Origin: Chlamydiota bacterium
GTDB taxonomy: Bacteria; Auribacterota; Tritonobacteria; UBA1439
NCBI GenBank assembly: GCA_037133055.1
Contig: JBAXOY010000046.1
Span: forward strand, 1 to 21,614
Length of the DNA stretch: 21,614 nt
Reading direction: 5' to 3'
In this document: positions 1-7,884 of the stretch, in pieces
Numbering within the stretch: position 1 is the first letter of the stretch
Layout: every line of letters begins with the position of its first letter
Translations under genes and position numbers: made by a program
Notes under the pieces: model-generated
What the model saw: only the letters and a program-made list of their open reading frames with translations
What the model was told of the DNA's origin: nothing
Databases searched by the model: none

Positions 1-402
1 CGGCATGCCTGCCGCCTCCGCGACCCGCGCGATCCTCTCTCCCACGTGGCCGCCGCCGAATATGATCAGCGGGGCGTGCCCTCTGATCACGTCGATGAAT
101 ATCTCCATCTCGCCCCCGCAGCACATCCGTATATTCTCGGGGTTCTCCGGATCCAGGCTGTAGGAGAGCTTGACCGGGCTGCCGGACGCGAGCGCCTTTT
201 TGGCTTCGCCGATCACGAGCGCCTCGAGGACGCCCCCGCCTATCGTCCCCTCGATCGAGCCGTCCGCGTACACAAGCATGCGGGCGCCGGCCTTTCGCGG
301 AGACGATTCCCGGGTCGCCACGACGACGGCGAGCGCCACGGGCCTGCCCCGCCGGACCGATTCCGCCAGCGCGCTGAACACCGCGTATTCCTCCGTGGAC
401 AT
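1..402 (-). CDS. xdhC: XdhC/CoxI family molybdoenzyme maturation factor, N-terminal part (runs off the left edge)
   Basis: Absent from the ORF track. Read by hand from ATG at 402 (RBS GGAGGGGG upstream): MSTEEYAVFSALAESVRRGRPVALAVVVATRESSPRKAGARMLVYADGSIEGTIGGGVLE...MCCGGEMEIFID...LIIFGGGHVG. The SPRxxGARM, GTIGGG, CGG and IFGGGHV motifs are typical of XdhC. Lies next to a mocA-like gene. Confidence 0.9.
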   Translation of the reverse strand, partial: MSTEEYAVFSALAESVRRGRPVALAVVVATRESSPRKAGARMLVYADGSIEGTIGGGVLEALVIGEAKKALASGSPVKLSYSLDPENPENIRMCCGGEMEIFIDVIRGHAPLIIFGGGHVGERIARVAEAAGMP

Positions 403-426
403 ATCCCCCTCCCGCTCTCAAAAAGC

Positions 427-565
427 GTTCAAGCAGTTCAAACGGTTCAAACGGTTCAATCCGCGAGACGTTTTCTTCGTGTCCTTCGTGGTGAGGCAGT
501 ACGTTATAGTTGTTCAAGCCGTCTGACCGGTTGAACCGTTTAAACGGCTTGAACCGTTTGAACCA
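427..565. repeat. Two arrays of a 9-bp repeat (GTTCAAACG-like) in largely opposite orientation
   Basis: 427-462 gttcaagca gttcaaacg gttcaaacg gttcaatcc. 512-565 gttcaagcc gtctgaccg gttgaaccg tttaaacgg cttgaaccg tttgaacca. Between them lies cttcgtgtc cttcgtggt (475-492). Confidence 0.8.
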
Positions 566-1133
566 GTTTCTTGTAGTCCTCCGGCGTGTCGATATCCGCG
601 ACGATACCCGGGTCGTCGAACGGGACCCTCCTGACGCGCGAGGGGTCTTTCCTCACCACCGCCCGCGCCCCCCCGCCCCGCGGCGCCGAGAACAGCTCGT
701 CAAACACCGCCCGGGGGAACACGACCGGGTGCCCCCCCCTGCCCCGGTACTCAGCGACGAAAATAAGATCGGGGGCCTTCCGGCCTGCGTCCCGCAACCC
801 CCGGTAGGTGGAGGCCTCGATGAGCGGATGATCCACCAGTGTCACGAGCGCCGCGCCCGTATCGGGCGACAAGGAGCGCAGCCCGCACTGGAGCGAGGAG
901 AGCTGCCCGTCCAGATATGCCTCGTTGACCACGATCCGCGCGCGGGGGATCACGCCCGCGTCACGAACTGCTTCCGCGTGCGCGCCGAGCACGACGACCA
1001 GTTCGTCCGCCCCCGCCGCAGCGAGACGCCCGCAGATGACGGAGAGGAAGGTGCCCCGCCCGAGGGGCAGGAGCGCCTTCGGGGTTCCCATCCTCGCGGA
1101 TTCGCCCGCGGCAAGCACGAGTGCGGAGATCAT
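540..1133 (-). CDS. mocA: MocA/MobA-like nucleotidyltransferase (probable molybdenum cofactor cytidylyltransferase)
   Basis: LAAGESARMGTPKALL, GQLSSL, LVDHP, RGGHPVVF, GGGAR and DIDTPEDY motifs; adjacent to xdhC. Confidence 0.85.
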   Translation of the reverse strand: MISALVLAAGESARMGTPKALLPLGRGTFLSVICGRLAAAGADELVVVLGAHAEAVRDAGVIPRARIVVNEAYLDGQLSSLQCGLRSLSPDTGAALVTLVDHPLIEASTYRGLRDAGRKAPDLIFVAEYRGRGGHPVVFPRAVFDELFSAPRGGGARAVVRKDPSRVRRVPFDDPGIVADIDTPEDYKKLVQTVQAV

Positions 1134-1163
1134 AACCGATATTCACCACGGTGGATTCAGTCC

Positions 1164-1787
1164 TCATTCCATCCCGAAAAGCCTGTCGCCCGCGTCGCCG
1201 ATGCCCGGAAGGATGTAGGCGTTCCGGTTGAGCCGCTCGTCCACGGCGGCGATGAAGACGCGGACATCCGGGTGGCGCCGCTCCACCTCCCGCACCCCCT
1301 CGGGGGCCGCCAGAAGGGTGACCGCCCGGATGTCGGAGGCCCGGCATTTTTTGAGAATGGCGATGCTCGCGACAAGCGACCCCCCCGTGGCGAGCATCGG
1401 GTCGAGGATGACGGTGACGCGGCCGGCGAGTGAGCGCGGGAGCGACCGGTAGTATTCGTGCGGCTCGAACGTCCGATCGTCCCTGCGGAGACCGATGACG
1501 CCCACGGCCGCCCCGGGCATGAGATCCAGGAATCCCCCCAGCATGCCGAGGCCCGCCCTGAGCACCGGCACCGCGACCACCGGAAGCCCGGCGAGGACCC
1601 TCCCCTTCACGGCGGCGAGGGGTGTTCTGATTGACGAGGTCTTCAGGGGCAGATCACGCAGCGCCTCGCACGAGAGCAGCAGCGCCGCCCGCCGCATGAG
1701 CCGCCGGAACTCGGGCGGCGTCGTGCGCCTGTCGCGCAGCCGCGAGAGCGCGTCCGCGAGTATCGGGTGTACGACTTCGATGATCAT
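1164..1787 (-). CDS. upp: Uracil phosphoribosyltransferase
   Basis: HP..LRD..T...FR, VPVLRAGLGM, ILDPMLATGGS (PRPP loop), AYILPGIGDAGDRLFG. Start moved to ATG 1787 (MIIEVVHP), giving 207 aa. Confidence 0.96.
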   Translation of the reverse strand: MIIEVVHPILADALSRLRDRRTTPPEFRRLMRRAALLLSCEALRDLPLKTSSIRTPLAAVKGRVLAGLPVVAVPVLRAGLGMLGGFLDLMPGAAVGVIGLRRDDRTFEPHEYYRSLPRSLAGRVTVILDPMLATGGSLVASIAILKKCRASDIRAVTLLAAPEGVREVERRHPDVRVFIAAVDERLNRNAYILPGIGDAGDRLFGME

Positions 1788-1927
1788 GGGTATACGTTCT
1801 CGATGTTGAGCGCTCGCGCGACACAGCGCACCGGAAGGCGCACAGTTTAGCACCACGCGGGCCGGGATGCCAGCGGAAAACCACCGACCCCGGCCCGCAC
1901 GGGGCCGTCCCACAATCGGCCGTTCCA

Positions 1928-1984
1928 TAATTCTATGTAATTCTATGTAATTCTATTGCGGGTGCCATATATTGGGTATATACT
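1928..1984 (+). promoter_or_regulatory. Sigma70-type promoter of ino1 with three upstream 10-bp direct repeats
   Basis: TAATTCTATG TAATTCTATG TAATTCTATT (1928-1957) abutting TTGCGG (1956-1961), 17-nt spacer, TATACT (1979-1984); AT-rich island in GC-rich DNA. Confidence 0.6.
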
Positions 1985-2011
1985 TTGCACCCTGTGATAC
2001 GGGGGTATTCC

Positions 2012-3121
2012 TTGAAGCGTCCTATTCGCATCGCCATAGCCGGCGTGGGCAACTGCGCCAGCTCTCTCATACAGGGCATCGAGCACTACCGCCGCCGCGG
2101 GGGCGCGGCCGGCGAGGGCTCGATCGGCCTGATGCACTGGGATATCGGGGGGTACACCCCCGCGGACATCGAGGTGGTGGCGGCGTTCGACATCGACAGG
2201 CGGAAGGTCGGGCGGCCTCTCCACGAGGCCATTTTCGCCAAGCCGAACTGCACCAAGACGATCGTCGCCGACATGCCCGCGAGCCCCGTGATCGTGCAGC
2301 CGGGACCGGTCCTCGACGGGGTATCCCCCCACATGAAGGACTACGACAACGACAGGGTGTTCCTCCCCTGCGACCGCCCCCCGTGCGACGTCGGCAAGGT
2401 CCTCGCGGAGAGCGGCGCGGAAATATTCCTCAACTATCTCCCCGTGGGCTCGCAGAAGGCCGTCGAGTTCTACGCCGGATGCTGTCTCTCGACCGGGGTG
2501 AGTCTCGTCAACTGCATGCCGGTCTTCATCGTCTCGGACAAGGGGTGGGCGCGGAAGTTCTCCGAGAAGGGGATCCCGATCGTGGGGGACGACATAAAGG
2601 CGCAGGTGGGGGCTACGATCGTCCACCGGACCCTCGCCAGGCTCTTCGACGACCGCGGGGTCAAACTCGACCGGACCTACCAGCTCAACACCGGCGGCAA
2701 CACGGATTTTCTGAACATGCTGAACCAGGACCGCCTCAAGCTGAAGAGGATATCGAAGACCGAGGCGGTCCAGTCGCAGCTCTCCACGCCGCTCGATAAA
2801 GACGACATCCACATCGGCCCCTCGGACTACGTCCCCTGGCAGAAGGACAACAAGGTCTGCTTCATCAGGATGGAGGGGCGCGGGTTCGCGGGGGTGGCGA
2901 TGCACATCGAGCTGAGGCTTTCCGTCGAGGATTCCCCCAACAGCGGCGGCGTGTCGATCGACGCCATCCGCTGCTGCAGGGTCGCGCGGGAGAGAAAAAT
3001 CGGCGGCCCGCTCGACGCCGTCTGCGCCTACACGATGAAGCACCCGCCGAAACAGATGCCCGACACCCTGGCCCGCGAGCTCCTCCAGCGCTTTATCACC
3101 GGAGAGACGCCGGCGCGCTAG
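2012..3121 (+). CDS. ino1: Inositol-3-phosphate (myo-inositol-1-phosphate) synthase
   Basis: IAIAGVGNCASSLIQG, AAFDID.RKVG, NYLPVGS, GDDIKAQVGATI.HR, YQLNTGGNTDFLNM, HIGPSDYVPW, VEDSPNSGG, MKHPP. Likely TTG start at 2012 with GGGGG RBS. Confidence 0.96.
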   Translation: MKRPIRIAIAGVGNCASSLIQGIEHYRRRGGAAGEGSIGLMHWDIGGYTPADIEVVAAFDIDRRKVGRPLHEAIFAKPNCTKTIVADMPASPVIVQPGPVLDGVSPHMKDYDNDRVFLPCDRPPCDVGKVLAESGAEIFLNYLPVGSQKAVEFYAGCCLSTGVSLVNCMPVFIVSDKGWARKFSEKGIPIVGDDIKAQVGATIVHRTLARLFDDRGVKLDRTYQLNTGGNTDFLNMLNQDRLKLKRISKTEAVQSQLSTPLDKDDIHIGPSDYVPWQKDNKVCFIRMEGRGFAGVAMHIELRLSVEDSPNSGGVSIDAIRCCRVARERKIGGPLDAVCAYTMKHPPKQMPDTLARELLQRFITGETPAR

Positions 3122-3504
3122 GAGCCTGCCCGATAGCCCGCCATCGCCACGCGCACCGCCTCTGTGATTTTCTCTCCGTCCACGCCATCCTTGGAAAGAA
3201 ACCCCGCCGCCCCGAGCCGCACCGCCTCGCCGGCGAGCGCCCCGCCTTCTCCGCCCGAAAGCAGTATGACCGGAACGGCAGGGTGCGCGGCCGCGAGCCG
3301 TCTCAGCGTGTCGATCCCCCAGCTGTCCGGGAGCGTGAGGTCGAGCAGCACCGCGTCGACACCCCCCGCCGCGAGACGCGCGAGGGCCGCGGAGAGGCGG
3401 TCGACCCACTCAATATCGAGCGCGTGCGCCGCGAACTCCACGATGAGCCGCGCCTGAAGGCGGCTGTCCTCGACGAGGAGGACCCTCGGCCTTCGCGGGC
3501 TCAT
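3118..3504 (-). CDS. Single-domain response regulator (receiver)
   Basis: VLLVEDS, LLDLTLPDS.G, PVILLSG, GAAGFLSK receiver motifs; ATGA overlap with the upstream receiver gene. Confidence 0.9.
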   Translation of the reverse strand: MSPRRPRVLLVEDSRLQARLIVEFAAHALDIEWVDRLSAALARLAAGGVDAVLLDLTLPDSWGIDTLRRLAAAHPAVPVILLSGGEGGALAGEAVRLGAAGFLSKDGVDGEKITEAVRVAMAGYRAGS

Positions 3505-3950
3505 CCGCCCTCCCCCGCCATGCCGCCCCTGCCCGGAAGCCGCGCGATGCCGAGCCAGAACTCGGCGATGCCCCGCACCACGGCGACGAGCCCCTTGATG
3601 GTGGAGGGTTTTACGATGTAGCAGTTCGCGTGGAGCTCGTACGCCCGCTCAATATCCTCCTCGGCCTCCGAGCCGGTGAGCACGATGACCGGGATCCGCT
3701 TCAGCGCCACGTCGGCTTTCATCTCCGCGAGAAACTCCAGCCCGTTCTTCCGGGGCAGGTTGAGGTCGAGCAGGATCAGATCGGGGAGCGCCGCGCCCGC
3801 GGCGCGAAGGGAGGCGAGCGCCGCCGCCCCGTCCCCGGCCACGCGCAGGGACGCGGCGATCCGTTCCTCTTTCACGATCTCCATGAGGAGCCGCACATCG
3901 CCGGGATTGTCCTCCACGAGCAATAGGGTCACCGCCTGTTTCGCTCTCAT
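3501..3950 (-). CDS. Single-domain response regulator, Rcp1-like
   Basis: Start at ATG 3950 (MRAKQAVTLLLVEDNPGD), overlapping the kinase stop. PDLILLDLNLPRKNG, LKRIPVIVLTGS, AYELHANCYIVKP and FW motifs match Rcp1-type receivers. Confidence 0.92.
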   Translation of the reverse strand: MRAKQAVTLLLVEDNPGDVRLLMEIVKEERIAASLRVAGDGAAALASLRAAGAALPDLILLDLNLPRKNGLEFLAEMKADVALKRIPVIVLTGSEAEEDIERAYELHANCYIVKPSTIKGLVAVVRGIAEFWLGIARLPGRGGMAGEGG

Positions 3951-6900
3951 CCCGCCCCCCGCCCGTCGTACAAATCGCCCGCCCGATGTTCGGGCACGGT
4001 GAAGAAAAATGCCGCGCCGCGCCCCAGCTCCGACTCGACCCAGATCCTCCCCCCGTGCCGCTCGACGATCTTCTTGCAGAGGGCGAGGCCGATGCCGGTG
4101 CCGGGGTACTCCTCCCTGCCGTGCAGGCGCTGGAAGATCACAAATATCCTCTCGGCGAAGCGCGGCTCGATGCCGATCCCGTTGTCCCGGACCGAAAAGA
4201 GCCAGTCCTTTCCGGAGCGCGACGCGGAGAGATGGATGCGCGGCCACTCGGAGCTTCGGAACTTCAGGGCATTCCCGATCAGGTTCTGAAAGAGCTGGAC
4301 GAATTCCTGCTCGTCGATGCAGACGACCGGGAGCGGGTCATGGGTGACTGAGGCGCCGGACTCGGCGACCGCCACCGTGAGGTTCGCCAGCGCCCGTTCG
4401 AGGACCGCCTCGCAGTCGGTCGGCGCGAATGGCCTGGCGGTCGTCCCGAGCCGCGAGTACCCCAGGAGGTCGCTGATGAGGCTCTTCATGTGGCCCGCCC
4501 CCTCGACGGCGTAGCGGATGAACTCCGCCGCGTCCGCGCCGAGACGGTCCCGGTAGCGCTTCTCAAGGAGCTGCAGGAAGCTCGTCACCATCCTGAGCGG
4601 CTCCTGGAGGTCGTGGGAGGCGACATAGGCGAACTGCTCGAGCTCCTGGTTGGACCGTTTCAGGTCCCGGGCGGCCGTCCGGAGCTCCTCCTCGGCCCTG
4701 GACCTCGCCTCCTCGATCTCAAGCCCGTTGAGGGCGAACGCGATATCCCGGGCAAGCTCGCCGAAGAGCGCGCATTCCTCCTCGTCCGCGGCGAAGTCAG
4801 GGGGAAGCGCCACCGAAAGAAGGCCGTACACCCTGGCCCCGTGCCCGAGCCTTACGGTCATCGCCCCCTTCCGGTGGTAGCCTGATGCCATCCGGCATTC
4901 CGAACAGGAGGACGGGGGGTCCACGACGATAACCGGCTCGTGCCCCTCGAGCGCCCGCCGACCGCAATCGGGGAACTCGCCGCGCCTCATGCGCTCCACG
5001 AGCTCCCCAAAATCGCCGCCGACTCCCGACTCCGCGACCTCGCGGACCTCCCCCGAGTCGCTCAGCAGGGCAACCCAGGCGTTGATGTACCCCCGGTGCA
5101 TGACGAGGCTCTCGCACGCGCCCGCGATGAGCTTCGCGCGGTCCTTCTCGCGGGTGATGAGCTGGTCGACGCCGCGGATGGCGCGCAGCACGCGGGTGAG
5201 ATGCTCCATTCCCTTCTCCGCCCGCTTTCGCTCGGTGATGTCCACGTTGACCTCGGCGACGAGCCACTCGCCGCGCTCGTCGAGAAACGGCATGGTGGTG
5301 ACCTGCACGGGCCGGTTGCCCTCCCGCACCAGCGTCTCCTCGCTGACCACGGTCGTCTTTGACTTCAGCGCCCTCTGGATTCCGCATTCGGGGCAGGGTT
5401 CGCTCCGTCCCATGAAATAGTCGTAGCACTTCCGGCCGGCGGGATCCCCGTATGCCTTCTGCCATTCCGGGTCGATGTACTGGATGGTGTAGTCCGAGGC
5501 GATGATATCCAGGCCTGTCTTGGTCACGCCGAGGATGAACTCAATCTGCCGCTTCAGCCTGATGACCTCGTCTTCCGTGTGCTTCCTCTCGGTGATGTCG
5601 TCGAACAGGATGGCGAAGTGGCCCTTCCGAGGGCTGTAGGCGGAGATCGAGTACCACAGCCCCAGGAATTCGGAATAGCGCTCGACCCGCGCGGTCGCCC
5701 CCGTGAGCGCGACCCTTCCGTACAGGCCGATCCAGTCAAACTCCTCGCGCATGATCCCGGGCATCACCTCCGACGCCTTTCTCCCCACGATCGCGTCCCG
5801 TTGGAGCCGGGTGAGTTTCTCGAACACGCTGTTGACCTCGATGAAGACAAAATCGACCGCCTCCTCCTTCTCGTTCGTCACGATCCGGTGGTAGGCGAAG
5901 CCGGTGAGCATGTTGTCGAAGAGGGCGCGATAGTCCTCCTCGCTCCGCTTCACGACCTCCTGCGCCCGCTCCAGGGCGACGAGCATGCCGTTGATGGAGC
6001 CGGCGAGCCTCGACAGCTCGTCGCGCCCGCCGAGTATCACCCGCGACGAGAGATCGCCCGTGGTCCCGATGGCGTCGACCCGCGTGGTCAGCCGCCCGAG
6101 CGGCGAGAGGATAAGCCTCTCGATGATGATCAGGAACCCCGCGCTGAAGACGAGCCCCACCGCCAGCATCGACAGGACCAGATAGCGCAGCGTGTACAGC
6201 CCGCGCGTGTAGATGTCACGCGCGTTCTCGACGCGCAGGATGAGCGCGGGCTCGCCGAAAATATCGGGCAACGCCCGGTAGCCCGCCACCGCCCCCGCGC
6301 CCAGGGGCCGGATGAGATCCCCCGGAGAGCGGGCGAGCGACGCGCGGGCGAAGCGGAAATCCTCGGTGAGGCGCGGGGCCCGGAACGGCGTGAGCGAGAA
6401 CGCGACGTGCGTCAGGGATGAAAGGGCGCGCACCCTTTCGGGGTTGAGGGATCGCGCCATGAGGAGCGAGCCACGGATCGGGCCCTTCCCCTCGCCGCTG
6501 AGGATCGGTCGCGAGGCGAGGAGCACGGGACCGGAGGGAAGCATGACGATCCCCGCCACGCGGTCGCGGCCTGCGAGGTGGGCGGTCATGGGGCCGCCGC
6601 GGAGAAGGTGTTTCTCGAGCCCCTCGGGGAGCGGCGTCTTGACGCCGCGTGCCCTGTCGAACCCGGTCGCATAGAAGATCCGGCCCGAGGGTTCCGTGAA
6701 CACGATGGCGTCGATCTTGAGCGCGGCGAGGGTGACGTCGTTCAGGTTTTCCCGGGAGAACGCCTCGTTCCGGCCGCCGACGTACCCGCAGGTCTCGTCC
6801 CACCAGGCCCAGTCGCGGGTGACGAAATCGAGCTGCTCGACCTCGGCGGAGAGGGCATCCCGCACCCGGTTCAGATTCCTGACGACGCGCTCATCCTCGA

Positions 6901-7009
6901 TCCTGGCGAAGTTGCCGAGCAGGATGACGCGGGTGGCGACGTAGAAGACGGCTATCATGCAGATCAGCATGCCGCCGAAAACGGAGAGGACCTTCGCGCG
7001 CAGGGTCAT
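3947..7009 (-). CDS. Membrane sensor histidine kinase (TM-CHASE4-TM-HAMP-PAS-PAS-GAF-HisKA-HATPase)
   Basis: DWAWWDETC (CHASE4), GRDELSRLAGSINGML (HAMP), two DITERK PAS/PAC ends, GAF, FAYVASHDLQEPLR H-box, QLFQNLIGNALKF, DNGIGI, GTGIGLALCKKIVERHGG. Confidence 0.95.
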   Translation of the reverse strand: MTLRAKVLSVFGGMLICMIAVFYVATRVILLGNFARIEDERVVRNLNRVRDALSAEVEQLDFVTRDWAWWDETCGYVGGRNEAFSRENLNDVTLAALKIDAIVFTEPSGRIFYATGFDRARGVKTPLPEGLEKHLLRGGPMTAHLAGRDRVAGIVMLPSGPVLLASRPILSGEGKGPIRGSLLMARSLNPERVRALSSLTHVAFSLTPFRAPRLTEDFRFARASLARSPGDLIRPLGAGAVAGYRALPDIFGEPALILRVENARDIYTRGLYTLRYLVLSMLAVGLVFSAGFLIIIERLILSPLGRLTTRVDAIGTTGDLSSRVILGGRDELSRLAGSINGMLVALERAQEVVKRSEEDYRALFDNMLTGFAYHRIVTNEKEEAVDFVFIEVNSVFEKLTRLQRDAIVGRKASEVMPGIMREEFDWIGLYGRVALTGATARVERYSEFLGLWYSISAYSPRKGHFAILFDDITERKHTEDEVIRLKRQIEFILGVTKTGLDIIASDYTIQYIDPEWQKAYGDPAGRKCYDYFMGRSEPCPECGIQRALKSKTTVVSEETLVREGNRPVQVTTMPFLDERGEWLVAEVNVDITERKRAEKGMEHLTRVLRAIRGVDQLITREKDRAKLIAGACESLVMHRGYINAWVALLSDSGEVREVAESGVGGDFGELVERMRRGEFPDCGRRALEGHEPVIVVDPPSSCSECRMASGYHRKGAMTVRLGHGARVYGLLSVALPPDFAADEEECALFGELARDIAFALNGLEIEEARSRAEEELRTAARDLKRSNQELEQFAYVASHDLQEPLRMVTSFLQLLEKRYRDRLGADAAEFIRYAVEGAGHMKSLISDLLGYSRLGTTARPFAPTDCEAVLERALANLTVAVAESGASVTHDPLPVVCIDEQEFVQLFQNLIGNALKFRSSEWPRIHLSASRSGKDWLFSVRDNGIGIEPRFAERIFVIFQRLHGREEYPGTGIGLALCKKIVERHGGRIWVESELGRGAAFFFTVPEHRAGDLYDGRGAG

Positions 7010-7032
7010 GCGTGTGCCTCGGGGCCAGAGCC

Positions 7033-7061
7033 AGTATAGCGTGGTGATGAGGGGGAGTCAA
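7033..7061 (-). promoter_or_regulatory. Sigma70-type promoter of the kinase/receiver operon
   Basis: Minus strand TTGACT (7061-7056), 17 nt, TATACT (7038-7033). Confidence 0.7.
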
Positions 7062-7131
7062 CAGGCAGGCAGGCCCCCCCCAGGCAGGCCCACCCCACTG
7101 GCCATTCGTCTCTATCCTGTCGTCTCTATCC

Positions 7132-7160
7132 TTTACGCGCCACGCCGCCCGCGCTATACT
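7132..7160 (+). promoter_or_regulatory. Sigma70-type promoter of the CDP-alcohol phosphotransferase gene
   Basis: TTTACG (7132-7137), 17 nt, TATACT (7155-7160); ATG only 10 nt downstream and no Shine-Dalgarno. Confidence 0.6.
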
Positions 7161-7170
7161 GACCCCCGCC

Positions 7171-7884
7171 ATGATGACGTACACGGAGCTCGCGCGCCGC
7201 GGCGTGAACCGGTTCAAGGACTCGATCACGGGCATCCTCGTGCGCCGCGGGGTGTCCGCGAATGCCCTCACCCTCGCCGGGTTCGTCATCTCATGCCTCG
7301 CCGCCGCGTCTTTCTCCCTCGGATTGTTTCCCCTCGGCGGGATTCTGATCTTCTTCGCCGGGGCCTGCGACATCTTCGACGGGGCGGTGGCGAAGCGGAC
7401 GGGGCGGGTGACCGCCTTCGGGGGATTCTTCGACTCGTGCCTTGACCGCTATTCCGACGTCGTGCTGCTCGGGGGCGCGGGGCTCTACTACGCCGCGCAC
7501 GGCCCCCTGCGCAACACGGCGCTGGCGATCCTCGCCACCGGCGGCTCGATCCTCATAAGCTACTCGCGCGCCCGCGCGGAGAATATCGGGGTCTCCTGCG
7601 CGGTGGGATTCTGGGAGCGGTCCGAGCGCACGTTCATGATCATGATGGGGGGGCTGTTCTTCCGGATGCCGAGCATCCTGTGGGAGCTCGCACTCTTCGC
7701 GAACATCACCGCCGCGCACCGGATCCTGCACACCTGGCGGCGGATCGAGAATCCGTCGTGGCGGCCGCCGCGCATCCCGGTCCTCACCGACATCATCTTC
7801 TGGGAATATCCACGCTACTGCTGGCAGTACGACGTCTACGTGGGGCTCGGAATCATCGTGCCGCTGCTCCTGCCGATACGTTAG
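7171..7884 (+). CDS. CDP-alcohol phosphatidyltransferase, phosphatidylinositol-phosphate (PIP/AIP) synthase-like
   Basis: Signature DIFDGAVAKRTGRVTAFGGFFDSCLDRYSD. GVSANALT, SYSRARAE and VGFWERSER segments resemble PIP/archaetidylinositol-phosphate synthases. ino1 is nearby on the same strand. Confidence 0.85.
   Translation: MMTYTELARRGVNRFKDSITGILVRRGVSANALTLAGFVISCLAAASFSLGLFPLGGILIFFAGACDIFDGAVAKRTGRVTAFGGFFDSCLDRYSDVVLLGGAGLYYAAHGPLRNTALAILATGGSILISYSRARAENIGVSCAVGFWERSERTFMIMMGGLFFRMPSILWELALFANITAAHRILHTWRRIENPSWRPPRIPVLTDIIFWEYPRYCWQYDVYVGLGIIVPLLLPIR

Noticed and set aside
427..565. Possible CRISPR array (also considered for 20844-20892)
   Set aside because: Units are 7-9 bp in tandem with no unique spacers, and no cas genes are present.
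540..1133. Nucleotidyltransferase as inositol-1-phosphate cytidylyltransferase, making a di-myo-inositol-phosphate pathway with ino1 and the CDP-alcohol transferase
   Set aside because: Motifs (GQLSSL, GHPVVF, GAR, DIDTPEDY) and the adjacent xdhC fit MocA-type Moco chemistry, not IPCT.
1943..3409. Long antisense or alternate-frame ORFs (e.g. 1943-3409, 14299-15552, 16696-18069, 18981-20180)
   Set aside because: Shadow ORFs of well-supported genes in high-GC DNA, with no recognisable motifs.
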